Assembly: GCA_965262725.1 (NCBI GenBank)
Contig: OZ253555.1
Span: forward strand, 960,001-1,024,000
DNA from: Dehalococcoidia bacterium
GTDB taxonomy: Bacteria > Chloroflexota > Dehalococcoidia > UBA2979
Length of the DNA stretch: 64,000 nucleotides
Direction of reading: 5' to 3'
Shown: positions 31,432-41,005 of the stretch, piece by piece
How the letters are laid out: each line of letters begins with the position of its first letter
Numbering within the stretch: position 1 is the first letter of the stretch
Position numbers and translations under genes: made by a program
The notes under the pieces: generated by a model
The model's database searches: none
What the model saw: only the letters and a program-made list of their open reading frames with translations
What the model was told of the DNA's origin: nothing

Positions 31432-32159
31432 GGGCGCCGCTCGCCCCCGAGCGCCCGCAGGCGCCTCGCGTACTCGGCGAGCAGCCGCTCGTAGAGCGTC
31501 CCCGCCAGTCGCTCGCGGTAGGGCGTCAGCAGCGAGCCCTCCATCCAGGAGACGACGGAGTCGACGGACGGCAGCAGGTGCTCGTACACCTGCAGGCGCA
31601 CCAGCCGCCGCTCGAAGCCGAGCTCGAAGAGCATCTCGGCGTAGCGCTCCGGCGGGAGCACCGGAAACGGCCGCTCGTATCCCGCCATCGCGTCGCGGTA
31701 CGGCGGCTCGCCGGCGAGCTCGCGCGCGACCGTGTGCGAGGGGTGGTCGTCGCTGACAGGCATCTGCACGGCGATCTGCCCGCCCGGCGCGAGCAGGGCG
31801 GCGAGCCGCGGCCACAGCTCTTCGTGCTGGTCCACCCATTGCAGTGCGGCGTTCGAGAAGAGAAGGTCGGGGTGCCCGGCGGGCCTCCACTCGCGTATAT
31901 CCGCCCGCTCGAAGCGGAGGCTCCGCCGTCCCCTCGGCGCGGCGTGCTCGAGCATCGTCTCCGAGGAGTCGACGCCGATCGTCTCCCCGGCGCCCAGCGT
32001 CTCGTGCAGCCACGCCGTGAGCTCCCCGGTGCCGCAGCCGAGGTCGGCGACGCGCATCGCCGGGGCGCGCTCGACCAGGCCCGCGAGGTCGCGGTAGGGC
32101 TGCGAGCGCTGCTCGCGGAAACGCTCGTATTGGACGGGATCCCAGGCCGAGCTCGGCAT
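31350..32159 (-). CDS. tam: Trans-aconitate 2-methyltransferase-like SAM methyltransferase
   Basis: WDPVQYERF..RSQP..DL, DLGCGTG, FSNAALQWV, AVQMP, FPFKRL. Confidence 0.85.
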   Translation of the reverse strand: MPSSAWDPVQYERFREQRSQPYRDLAGLVERAPAMRVADLGCGTGELTAWLHETLGAGETIGVDSSETMLEHAAPRGRRSLRFERADIREWRPAGHPDLLFSNAALQWVDQHEELWPRLAALLAPGGQIAVQMPVSDDHPSHTVARELAGEPPYRDAMAGYERPFPVLPPERYAEMLFELGFERRLVRLQVYEHLLPSVDSVVSWMEGSLLTPYRERLAGTLYERLLAEYARRLRALGGERRPYFFPFKRLLVWGRLPAGRPATGAQTR

Positions 32160-33082
32160 CACCCATAGAGCCCGCGGTAGAGCACGTCCGCGGGCTCCGT
32201 CGTGCGCGCCTGCCGCTCCCGCGAGTCCGCGAGGCGGTGGGGATCGATGGTCGCGACCACGACGCCCTCCCCGCGCGGCCCGAGAGCCGCGTCGATGCGA
32301 CCGTCCGGGCCTACGACGATCGAGCGGGCACCCCACCATGGGGTGGCGACGGGGTCGTCGGAGCGCACCTCCCGCGCGGTCGTCGCGGAGAGCACATAGA
32401 CCCCGTTCGCGTAGGCGACCGCCTGTCGCATCGCGGTGTAGGGCGGACCCTCGTCCGGCTGCCGCTCCAGGGTGGGGTGCACCACGATCTCGGCTCCCGA
32501 GCGGCGCAGCCTCCGCGTCGTCTCCGGCACGAGCAGCTCGCTCTCGACGAGGCAGCCGATCGCCCCGATCTCGGTCTGCGCGACCGGGAGCACGGAGTCG
32601 GCCCCGAAGACCGCGCGGTACTCGTCGTAGATGTCCCGAAGCGCGGTGACCTCGGGCGCGCTGTAGGCCTGCGCCTTCGGCGAGCGGAGGACGAGCCCCT
32701 CCGGCCCGAGCACGAAGCCGGTGTGGAAGTAGCGGCCCGGCAGCTCCGGCACTGCCTCCTGCGCCGACGAGACGAAGTAGCAGCGGTGGCGCCGACAGGC
32801 CTCCAGGATCGGCTCGAAGGGCTCGCCGGGGACCGGCATCGCGACGGCGTCGATGGAGACGTTCGAGACGTGGCGGCTGGCGGAGGTCAGGCAGAGCACC
32901 GGGTAGACGATGAGCCTGGGCGGCGGGTCGGTCCGCTCCATGAGAGCGTCGATCTCGCTTGCGATCCGCTCGGCGTTCCGGCGCATCGTGTCGCGCGCCG
33001 TCGCGTCGTCCTGGACCGGACGAACGGCTGCCTGGACCACCGCTGCGAGCCACGGCTCGCCGAAGCTGACCGTCTCGGCCAT
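32159..33082 (-). CDS. Nitrilase/carbon-nitrogen hydrolase fold protein with an atypical catalytic triad
   Basis: AAVVQ, YFHTGFVLGPEG..LRSPK, PVAQTEIGAIG, PETTRRL..GAEIVVHP, SIVVGPDG. Confidence 0.75.
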   Translation of the reverse strand: MAETVSFGEPWLAAVVQAAVRPVQDDATARDTMRRNAERIASEIDALMERTDPPPRLIVYPVLCLTSASRHVSNVSIDAVAMPVPGEPFEPILEACRRHRCYFVSSAQEAVPELPGRYFHTGFVLGPEGLVLRSPKAQAYSAPEVTALRDIYDEYRAVFGADSVLPVAQTEIGAIGCLVESELLVPETTRRLRRSGAEIVVHPTLERQPDEGPPYTAMRQAVAYANGVYVLSATTAREVRSDDPVATPWWGARSIVVGPDGRIDAALGPRGEGVVVATIDPHRLADSRERQARTTEPADVLYRGLYG

Positions 33083-33183
33083 CTTGTGCCCCCTCCTTCG
33101 CGCGGGTCGCGCCGACATTATCAGCGTCGCCCTCCGCCCGCGCGGCATGCTGGCGGGCCGCTGCGATCTGCTGCGGTCGTCTC

Positions 33184-33420
33184 ATGTGCAGGAGCATCAG
33201 GACGCTGCGGCCCGTCGGCTCCCGGCAGGAGCCCGCGAGCGAGGAAGAGATCTCCGCCGCCGCCCTCCAGTTCGTGCGCAAAGTGAGCGGCTATCGCCGG
33301 CCCTCGCAGGCGAACGCGGCCGCCTTCGACGCCGCGGTCAACGAGGTCGCTGCGTCGACGCGTCGGCTGCTCTCCGCGCTGCGCGCGGGCGCCGGCACCC
33401 CGCGCGGCTGGGCCGGGTAG
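33184..33420 (+). CDS. DUF2277 family small protein
   Basis: MCRSIRTLR...EEISAAALQFVRKVSG...NAAAFDAAV. Confidence 0.85.
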   Translation: MCRSIRTLRPVGSRQEPASEEEISAAALQFVRKVSGYRRPSQANAAAFDAAVNEVAASTRRLLSALRAGAGTPRGWAG

Positions 33421-33441
33421 GGCCGCCGCCGCGGGGCGGTC

Positions 33442-34422
33442 TCATTTCGTGGAGGGCGTGCCGTCCCCGGCGCCGGTGGCCCCGGGCAACTGGCTCCGGT
33501 GCCACGCGACGGCGCGGCGGATCCCCTCGTCGAGAGGTGTGCGGGGACTCCATGCCCAGCGCTCCTCGGCGAGGCGTGGGAGCAGCGTGATGTGGCGGAT
33601 CTCGCCGGGGCGCGCGGGCTGGTACCGGGCCGGCAGCTCGTACGACGTCGCTTCGGCGACGAGGGCGAAGATGCGGTCCGTCGTCGTCGCGACGCCGGAG
33701 CCGACGAGGCAGGTCGCCGGCTCGCCGCGCGCCGCCGCGAGCGCCGCGTCGACGACGTCGTCGACGAAGATGTAGTCGCGGCTCTCTCTGCCGTCGCCGA
33801 AGATCGTGACGCTCTCCCCCCGCAGCATGCGGCCGGCGAAGATCCCGACCACGCCGTACTCGCGCGTGTGTACCTGCTGGGGGCCGTAGATGTTCCCGGG
33901 TCTCAGCACCGAGACCGACGTGCCGCTCCCGGCGGTGAGCGCCCCGAGGTAGAACTCGGCCGCGAGCTTCGATGCCCCATAGACGGAGCTCGGCCGCGCG
34001 GGATGGTGCTCGTCGACGGGCTGGTAGAGCGGCTCGCCGTAGAGCGCACCGCCGGTCGAGAAGTAGACGATGCGGGGGACGCCCGCGGCAACCGCGGCGG
34101 TCGCGAGATGGACGGTCCCGAGCACGTTGACCGCCACGTCTGCGAGCGGGTCCCGCATCGACGCGGCGACCGACGCCTGCGCGGCAAGGTGGAAGAGGAC
34201 GTCGGGGCGCACGCTGCCGACGAGCGCAGCGACGGCCTCGCGGTCCCGCACGTCGAGGCTCTGCCCTGCCACGTCGTCGGTGGCGTATCGGGCCGGGCCC
34301 TCGGGCCGCAGGATGTCGGTGGCGACGACCCGCCACCCCTCGGCCGCGAGCCTCGCCACGAGGTGCCGGCCGACGAAGCCGGCCGCCCCGGTCACGATCG
34401 CCATCTGCCCCGCACGCGGCAC
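33442..34422 (-). CDS. NAD-dependent epimerase/dehydratase (UDP-glucose 4-epimerase-like)
   Basis: VTGAAGFVG, HLAAQ, STGGALYGE, YGASK, NIYGP. Confidence 0.88.
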   Translation of the reverse strand: MPRAGQMAIVTGAAGFVGRHLVARLAAEGWRVVATDILRPEGPARYATDDVAGQSLDVRDREAVAALVGSVRPDVLFHLAAQASVAASMRDPLADVAVNVLGTVHLATAAVAAGVPRIVYFSTGGALYGEPLYQPVDEHHPARPSSVYGASKLAAEFYLGALTAGSGTSVSVLRPGNIYGPQQVHTREYGVVGIFAGRMLRGESVTIFGDGRESRDYIFVDDVVDAALAAARGEPATCLVGSGVATTTDRIFALVAEATSYELPARYQPARPGEIRHITLLPRLAEERWAWSPRTPLDEGIRRAVAWHRSQLPGATGAGDGTPSTK

Positions 34423-34531
34423 GCACGACCCTCCCGCTGCCGAAGCGCCGCCGCCCCGGCGGGGCGGCGCCTTCCGCGGATGGTAGTCCGGAGGCCCGCG
34501 GCGGACACGCAGCGGCGGCCGCCGCGGGCGT

Positions 34532-35944
34532 CTACCGCCCGTCCGGGGGCCCGCCGGGCGGTGCCCCGACCTCCTCCATCGCCTGCCGCGCGACCCGCCG
34601 CCCCATCCGGATCGAGTAGTTCTGGCCTCGATCCTCGGGGTAGATCTGCGTCGTGTTGGCAAGCCACAGCCCGTCGATCGGCGTGCGGTGCGGAGGGATC
34701 GACTCGTGGTAGCGGTAGTCGACGATCGGCTGCCCCGCGCGATCCGTGAAGAGCCACAGATCGCGGATCCAAGCACGGTCGAAGTGTGGGTTGATGCGCC
34801 TCAGGTAGGGCTCGTACGCATCGAGCACCGCCTCCGCGTCCGACTCGACGATCGGGTCGCCGGGATCCACGTAGTTCGACAGGTAGACGACGTGCCGCCC
34901 GCCGTACTCGGCGGGCGATCGGAAGTTCGTCTGCTCGACGGCGGCGACGAAGGGGCAGTCGTCGTCGGTGACTGTGAGCCAGTAGATGTCGGAAAGCGGG
35001 CGATCGAGCGCGAGCACGAGCACGGTCGCCCACTGGTAGCGCACGCGATCGAGCAGCGCGTCGTAGTCCGGCGCCAGCTCCGCCAGCTCCGGGAGCAGCG
35101 CCCGGAAGATGCTGGAGGGCGTGGTCGCCAGGACCAGGTCGACTAGTTCCAACTCCCCGCGCCTCACGACTCCGAGCACGCGGCCGTCCTCGACCGCGAT
35201 GCGCTCGACCGGCGCGTCGACCTCAAGTGTGGCGCCGCGCGCGCGGGCGTCGTCCACGAGGGCGTCCACCAGGCGGCCGAACGATCCGCGCAGGTAGCCG
35301 AGGCTCTCCGTCGCCAGCGGGCCGCCGCCCCGCGAGGCGAAGCGGAGGTAAATCTTGCCCCAGAACCAGACCATCGAGACCTCGTCGGCGTGGGCGCCAA
35401 ACTTCGCTCGCAACAGGGGCCCCCACACCGCGTCGTAGCCTTGCTCGCCGACCGCGCGGAGGATCCAGTCGCGCGCGCGCTGGCCCTCGTAGCGCCGCCA
35501 GTCCGTCTGCCGGCGGAGCCACAGCGCCGCGAGGCCGAGACGGAACCGGGTCCAGAGCGAGACGCGGTTGAAGCGAAGGAGATCGACGGGGCCGGAGAAG
35601 GGGTAGATCTTCCCTGCGGCGGCGAGGCCCACTGAGGACGGAACCCACTCGAGCGCATCCTCGAGCCCCAGATCCCCGATCACCTCGACGATGTCGCGAT
35701 CCGACCGGAAGAGATGGTGGTAGAAGGCCTCGATGCGGCCCCCGCCGATCTCGAACGTGCGGACCTGGCCGCCGAACTGGCTGCCCGCCTCGTAGAGGCT
35801 GACCCGCCAGCCGCCGCGCAGCAGCTCGTACGCGGCGGCGAGACCGGCGACGCCGCCCCCGATCACGACGGCCCGCCGCCCGCCCGCGGAGGCGTCAGGG
35901 GCCGCTCCGGGCCCCGTCGATGCCTCGTCGGTCGGTGGACTCAC
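34532..35944 (-). CDS. NAD(P)/FAD-dependent oxidoreductase (HemY/amine oxidase-like)
   Basis: IGGGVAGLAAA, FYHHLFRSD, LGYLRGSF, QIYPEDRGQNYS. Confidence 0.85.
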   Translation of the reverse strand: MSPPTDEASTGPGAAPDASAGGRRAVVIGGGVAGLAAAYELLRGGWRVSLYEAGSQFGGQVRTFEIGGGRIEAFYHHLFRSDRDIVEVIGDLGLEDALEWVPSSVGLAAAGKIYPFSGPVDLLRFNRVSLWTRFRLGLAALWLRRQTDWRRYEGQRARDWILRAVGEQGYDAVWGPLLRAKFGAHADEVSMVWFWGKIYLRFASRGGGPLATESLGYLRGSFGRLVDALVDDARARGATLEVDAPVERIAVEDGRVLGVVRRGELELVDLVLATTPSSIFRALLPELAELAPDYDALLDRVRYQWATVLVLALDRPLSDIYWLTVTDDDCPFVAAVEQTNFRSPAEYGGRHVVYLSNYVDPGDPIVESDAEAVLDAYEPYLRRINPHFDRAWIRDLWLFTDRAGQPIVDYRYHESIPPHRTPIDGLWLANTTQIYPEDRGQNYSIRMGRRVARQAMEEVGAPPGGPPDGR

Positions 35945-36020
35945 GAACGGCCTCTCCGCAGCTCGAGGCGCCGTCCGGCCCGTCGCCGCCCGGCGTCCAC
36001 TGCCGCTGCCATTGCGTGCC

Positions 36021-36204
36021 TAGTGTCCCGAGTTGCAAATGCTGAAAACAATCGCACCGAGCCTCGCAGGCTTGGTCCGCTCAGTGGAGGCTTGGGTCGC
36101 AACTGGAACGAGCACCGGATGCGCTTCATCTCGCACAAGACCACCGACCAGATCCTTGACAACCTCACCGGATATCTCAATCGCATTTCCAATTCAGGAC
36201 ACTA
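36021..36204 (+). mobile_element. Internally deleted IS630-family element (MITE-like)
   Basis: 22-bp terminal IRs with 19/22 identity (tagtgtcccgagttgcaaatgc / rc tagtgtcctgaattggaaatgc); CTAG at both junctions; lower GC than flanks; 36104-36205 encodes WNEHRMRFISHKTTDQILDNLTGYLNRISNSGH*, resembling IS630 transposase C-termini. Confidence 0.85.
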
Positions 36205-37443
36205 GTCGGGATCGGGATAGCGGTCGCCGATGATGTCGCACGCCTCAAGCTCGGCCACCTCCGCGGCGCTGTAGCCGAGCTCGGCGAGCACCTCGAGATT
36301 GTGCTCGCCGAGCAGCGCGCAGCGTCGCTCCCACGCGATCGGATCGGGTTGCTGCTGCCAGAGGACGCCCGTCATCATCCGCTGGCCGAGGTACGGCTGA
36401 TCGACGATTTGGAACCAGCCCCGCTCATGGAGCTGCGGCGCGGCGGGCGCCTCGTCCGGCTGGAGGACCGGGGCGGCGATCGCTCCCGCGGCCTGCAGCT
36501 CCTCCGCGATCAGGGTGGACGGTCGCTCCCGCGTGTAGGCGGCGATCGCCTCGTCGATCGCCCCCCGGGCGGCGAGCCGCCCGGTCACGGTCGCCCAGGT
36601 GTGTCCGTCCAGGGCCCACTCGGGATGTCCCAGCACCGCCGCGAGTCCCGCCCACTGCGCGTCGTCTTGGCAGACCACGTTGACCCAGCCGCCGGCCGCC
36701 GGGTAGCAGTCGTGCGGGACGATGCGGGCATCGGTGTTGCCGACGCGCTCGGGGACGCGGCGGTTGAGCGTCCACTCCGCCAGGGCCGCCGGGAGCTGCC
36801 ACTGGAGCTCCTCCACCTGCGCGAGGTCGATGAAGCCGCCGGCCCCCGTCTGCTCGCGGCGCAAGAGCGCGGCGCCCGTCGCGAAAACGATCGCGAGGGG
36901 GACGCTCGCGTCCGAGTGGAGCGCGCCCACGATCTCGTCCGGCCGCGAGCCCGGGTAGCCGCGGATCGCATGGTGCCCGGCGGCGGCGTCGAAGCCGTTC
37001 CCGAACATCAGGTAGCCCTGGTACGGCCCCCCCTGGCCCCAGCCCGCGATCGAGATCATCGTGATGAGGGGGTTGAGCGCGCGGACCGCCTCCCAGCCGA
37101 AGCCGAGCCGCTCGATCGTGCCGCCGGAGAATCCCTCCACCAGCAGGTCGGCGCCCGCGATCAGCCGCCTGAGCACCTCCGCGCCCTCCGGCCGGCGGAC
37201 GTCCACGGCAATGTTCCGCTTGTTGCGATTCCCGTGGATGTGCGAGTTGACGCGCTCGTACACGGGCCCCGGCCCCGGGGCGACGCGGCTGTCCTCTCTC
37301 AGCGGCCTCGTGACCGAGGGGCGGGGGTAGGTCTCCACCTTGATCACGTCGGCGCCCAGATCGCCGAGCAGGGTGCAGCCGAACGGACCGGCCCAGACCT
37401 CGGCCAGCTCCACGACGCGCAGCCCCGCGTAGGTGCGGCTCAT
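36202..37443 (-). CDS. Type III CoA-transferase (CaiB/BaiF), catalytic-Asp subunit
   Basis: WAGP...LGDLGADVIKVE, NRNKRNI, HSD motif. Confidence 0.9.
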   Translation of the reverse strand: MSRTYAGLRVVELAEVWAGPFGCTLLGDLGADVIKVETYPRPSVTRPLREDSRVAPGPGPVYERVNSHIHGNRNKRNIAVDVRRPEGAEVLRRLIAGADLLVEGFSGGTIERLGFGWEAVRALNPLITMISIAGWGQGGPYQGYLMFGNGFDAAAGHHAIRGYPGSRPDEIVGALHSDASVPLAIVFATGAALLRREQTGAGGFIDLAQVEELQWQLPAALAEWTLNRRVPERVGNTDARIVPHDCYPAAGGWVNVVCQDDAQWAGLAAVLGHPEWALDGHTWATVTGRLAARGAIDEAIAAYTRERPSTLIAEELQAAGAIAAPVLQPDEAPAAPQLHERGWFQIVDQPYLGQRMMTGVLWQQQPDPIAWERRCALLGEHNLEVLAELGYSAAEVAELEACDIIGDRYPDPD

Positions 37444-38600
37444 CCCGTCACCCCCGCCCGCGCCAGCGCCTGCCGCTCGTCAGCGTCGTAGCCGAGCTCT
37501 GCGAGCACCTCGTCGGTATGCGCGCCCAGCGGGGGGCTCGGGCCGAGCCTCCACGCCGGCTCAGCCCCCTCCATGCGGAAGGGCGCCGCCGCGAGCCAGT
37601 GCGCGCCGAGGCCGGGCTGCTCGATCTGCACGTACGACGTGCGGTGGATGGCCTGCGCGTCGTCGAGCAGCTCGGAGGCGTCGAGGACCGGGGCGACGGG
37701 CACCCGCGCGTCCTGCAGCTCGCGGAAGACCTCGAGCTTGGAGCGCGCGTCGAGCCACGGCCTGAGCAGCGCGAGGAGCTCGCCCCCGTTCTGCTCGCGC
37801 GCTCCCATCGTCGCGAAGCGCTCGTCGTGCTCGAGCTCCGGGCGCTCGATCGCGCGGCACAGCCGCCCCCAGAAGGCGTCGCCGGTGCCGGCGAAGATCA
37901 GGTAGCCGTCGCGCGCGCGCAGGGAGCTGACCTGTCCCGACGCGAGGATCGTCCCGCTGATCGCCCACAGCGGGTATCCGGAGTCGACGTTGCCCATCAG
38001 CGCCTCGACACCTGAGATGTCGACCACGCGGCGCTCCCCGTCGACATGAGACCCCCACACGACCGCCATCCCCGCGGCGGCGGCCGTGCAGCCGATCTGC
38101 ACGGTGGCGACGAAGGGACCGTACCTAAGAGGCGTTCCGCCGGGCGGCGTGTGGCGAGTGGTGCGCGTCGACCAGCCGAAGAGCGTCAGGTCGCTCTCGC
38201 GCCTCGGGGCGTGGGAGCCGCTCATCCCGTGCGGCGTCACAGTTACGACGTTCGGGCGCTCCTCGCCGAGCACGCCCAGGAGCCGCCGCACCTCGTCGGG
38301 TGCGAGCTCGATGAGCGCGAGCTCCGCCGTGGCGGCGAGCCGTGCGAACACCTCGCGTCCCGACGCGGTGCGGTGGTCGAGCACCACCGAGCGCTTCCCG
38401 GTATCGAAGGCGAGGTGGAAGGCGCCGCGGTCGCGGTGCGGGCTGTCGTCGGGGAACGGATCGATGCGCCTCGCGTTGCCGCCGCCGGGCACTTCGACCT
38501 TCACCACGTCGGCGCCGTAGTCGGAGAAGCGCTTGCCGGCCGCGGAGACGGCGACATCGCCTCCGAGCTCCACGACCCGGATCCCGGTCAACGGTTGCAT
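37440..38600 (-). CDS. Type III CoA-transferase (CaiB/BaiF), partner subunit lacking the catalytic Asp
   Basis: GIRVVELG, DYGADVVKVE, TGKRSVVLD, PPLGAHT. Confidence 0.88.
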   Translation of the reverse strand: MQPLTGIRVVELGGDVAVSAAGKRFSDYGADVVKVEVPGGGNARRIDPFPDDSPHRDRGAFHLAFDTGKRSVVLDHRTASGREVFARLAATAELALIELAPDEVRRLLGVLGEERPNVVTVTPHGMSGSHAPRRESDLTLFGWSTRTTRHTPPGGTPLRYGPFVATVQIGCTAAAAGMAVVWGSHVDGERRVVDISGVEALMGNVDSGYPLWAISGTILASGQVSSLRARDGYLIFAGTGDAFWGRLCRAIERPELEHDERFATMGAREQNGGELLALLRPWLDARSKLEVFRELQDARVPVAPVLDASELLDDAQAIHRTSYVQIEQPGLGAHWLAAAPFRMEGAEPAWRLGPSPPLGAHTDEVLAELGYDADERQALARAGVTG

Positions 38601-38750
38601 GGGGGCGATGCTAGCCCAATCACGCACCTCGTTGGGCGAACGGGCGGTGAGCGGCGGGCGCGCTCCTCCCGCCATCTGCTACGGTCGGCTCCTCTCACGG
38701 CTGGCCGCCGGCTGGCCGCCGGCTGGCGAGACGGCACGGCGAGGTGCGGC

Positions 38751-39803
38751 ATGCGCATCGGCGTTCAGCTCATCGGGCCGCGACTCTCGGAGCTCGGCCG
38801 GCTAGCGCGCTACGCGGAGGAGGCCGGCCTCGACATCGCGGGGCTCCCCGGTGGAGGCGACTACCCGCGCCTCACGCGCATCATCCACGCGACCGAGCGC
38901 ATCCGCGTTGCGACCGCCATCGTCCCGCTCTTTCACGCGACGCCGTACCTCCACGCGATTTCGGCGATGGAGCTGCAGTCGCTCTCGGGCGGCCGACTGG
39001 TGCTCGGCGTGGGGTCGCAGACGAAGGGGCAGGTCCGCACGCAGGCCGGCTTCGACCCGCCGAGCCCGGCCCGCATGTCGCGCGACATGATGCGCGCGAT
39101 CCGCGCGCTGATGGCCGGCGAGCGCCGCTACGACGGCGAGTTCTACCGCGTCGACATCCCGGCGATCCGCTTCCGAAGCGGCGGCGTCGACCTGGATCCA
39201 CCGCCGATCTACTTCTCCGGAGTGAACCCCCTGAACCTGCGCATCGCCGGCGAGGTCGCGGACGGCTTCATCGCCCACCCGATCTTCAGCGTCGCCTACT
39301 ACCGCGACACGGTCTGGCCGCGCATCGAGGAGGGGCTGGCGCGAGGCGGCCGCAGCCGCGACGGTTTCGAGATGTGCGCCATGCCGATGTTCTGGCTCGT
39401 GGACGAGACGACCTCGCGCGAGGAGGCGTACAGCCGCGGCAAGCGGAACCTCGCGATGTACTTCAGCACGCGCGCCTACAGCGGCTTCATGCAGCAGCAC
39501 GGATGGGATGCCGAGCGCGAGGCGATCCGGGCGGTGTGGGCGGAGGCGATGGAGCGTGGCACCCCCATCGACCCGCTCGCGATGGAGCGGATCGTGAGCG
39601 AAGAGATGGTGGACGAGGTCTGCCTCGTCGGCACCGCGAGCGAGATCCGGCAGAAGGCGGCCGAGCGCTACGAGGGCATCAGCGACACGCTGCTCTTTTA
39701 TTCCTTCCACGACCCCTACGTGCACGACGAGGAGGAGCCACGGCGCGCCGAGCGAAACCTCTACCGCCTGATTGACGCCTACCGCGTCGCCGCGCCCGGA
39801 TAG
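38751..39803 (+). CDS. LLM class flavin (possibly F420)-dependent oxidoreductase
   Basis: ATERIRVATAI, LSGGRLVLGVGSQ, AGEVADG. Confidence 0.87.
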   Translation: MRIGVQLIGPRLSELGRLARYAEEAGLDIAGLPGGGDYPRLTRIIHATERIRVATAIVPLFHATPYLHAISAMELQSLSGGRLVLGVGSQTKGQVRTQAGFDPPSPARMSRDMMRAIRALMAGERRYDGEFYRVDIPAIRFRSGGVDLDPPPIYFSGVNPLNLRIAGEVADGFIAHPIFSVAYYRDTVWPRIEEGLARGGRSRDGFEMCAMPMFWLVDETTSREEAYSRGKRNLAMYFSTRAYSGFMQQHGWDAEREAIRAVWAEAMERGTPIDPLAMERIVSEEMVDEVCLVGTASEIRQKAAERYEGISDTLLFYSFHDPYVHDEEEPRRAERNLYRLIDAYRVAAPG

Positions 39804-39831
39804 CGCCCCCGCGCGCGGGCGCGCTATCCGG
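39796..39831 (+). terminator. Hairpin overlapping the LLM stop codon
   Basis: ccggatagcgc (39796-39806) / gcgctatccgg (39821-39831); no U tract. Confidence 0.4.
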
Positions 39832-39907
39832 CAGGGTCCCCTCCGCGGGGGCGGGGCTCCGGCGCGGTCGCGGCTTCTATGATGGGCGCGTAGCGGGAGG
39901 GCGACCG

Positions 39908-40993
39908 GTGGCGGACGAGCACTGGCAGGAGGCATGGGACGTCACGGCTCGGGCCGTGGGAACCGACTACGGCGGTGAGCCGGAGGAGGCCGTGGAGACC
40001 GTCGCGCTCGCCGCGATTCGCCGCTTCTGCGAGCCGCTCGAGTTCGACTGCCCGCTCCATTGCGACGACGCCGTCGCCAGGGAGCACGGCTACCGCGACG
40101 TGCTGGCGCCCTGGAGCGGCATCTCGCAGACGTTCAGCCGCCGCGGCCACTGGCGCCCCGGCATGCCGACGCGCTATCCCTCCCCCGACCGCGACGCCGT
40201 GATCCTCGACACCGAGCTCGGCATCGACCCGGAGCCGCCGGGGCCGCCGTACACTGCGACCTTCGCGACCGACATCGAGATCGAGTACCACGAGCCGGTC
40301 TGCATCGGCGATCGGCTCACGCGCAGCGGCCGCAGGCTGGTCGCGGTCGTGCCCCGGGAGACGCGCGTCGGGCGCGGCGCTTTCCTCACCTACGAGAGCC
40401 GCCTCCACAACCAGCAGGGGGCGCTCGTGACGGTGCAGCGCAATGGGAGCTTCCGCTACACGCCGTGGGAGCCCGGCGAGGGCGACCGCCCGACTCGGCC
40501 GGTGAGCACGCCGGCGCCCCGCGACGTGCCGCCGGCGCTCGCGTCGAACGTCGACTGGTCGCGGCAGCGCTACATCGAGGACGTCTCGGTGGGCGAGGAG
40601 ATCCCCCCGCTCGCGATCCACCTCACGATCGCGAGGCTCGTGGTGGAGGCCGGCGCCAATCTCGACTTCAGCCGCGTGCACCACAACAGCGCGGTCGCCG
40701 AGGCCACCGGGGCGCCAGACATGTACGCGAACAACGTCTTTATCCAGGGCTGGTGGGAGCGCGCCGTGCGCGAGTACATCGGCCTCGCCGGGCGCGTGCG
40801 ACGGGTTGGCCCCCTGCGGATGCGCGTCTTCAACACGGTTGGGGAGACCGTCGTGACCAGGGGCGTGGTGCACCGGGTCTGGGAGGAGGACGGCGAGCAT
40901 CTGGTCGAGCTCGAGATGCGCAGCGACATCTCGCGGGGTGTCTCGGTCGGTCCCGGCCCGGTGGTCGTCTCGCTTCCCTCGCGCGGGAGCTGA
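39908..40993 (+). CDS. Double hot-dog MaoC-like (R)-hydratase/dehydratase fusion
   Basis: N-half AIRRFCEPLE..PLH.D..A..GY, EIEYHEPVCIGD; C-half ANLDFSRVHHN..A..GAPDMYAN. Confidence 0.8.
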   Translation: MADEHWQEAWDVTARAVGTDYGGEPEEAVETVALAAIRRFCEPLEFDCPLHCDDAVAREHGYRDVLAPWSGISQTFSRRGHWRPGMPTRYPSPDRDAVILDTELGIDPEPPGPPYTATFATDIEIEYHEPVCIGDRLTRSGRRLVAVVPRETRVGRGAFLTYESRLHNQQGALVTVQRNGSFRYTPWEPGEGDRPTRPVSTPAPRDVPPALASNVDWSRQRYIEDVSVGEEIPPLAIHLTIARLVVEAGANLDFSRVHHNSAVAEATGAPDMYANNVFIQGWWERAVREYIGLAGRVRRVGPLRMRVFNTVGETVVTRGVVHRVWEEDGEHLVELEMRSDISRGVSVGPGPVVVSLPSRGS

Positions 40994-41005
40994 GCACCTC
41001 CCCCC

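Noticed and set aside
36156-36185. TTGACA inside the IS630 remnant as an outward promoter
   Set aside because: No acceptable -10 hexamer at 16-18 bp spacing
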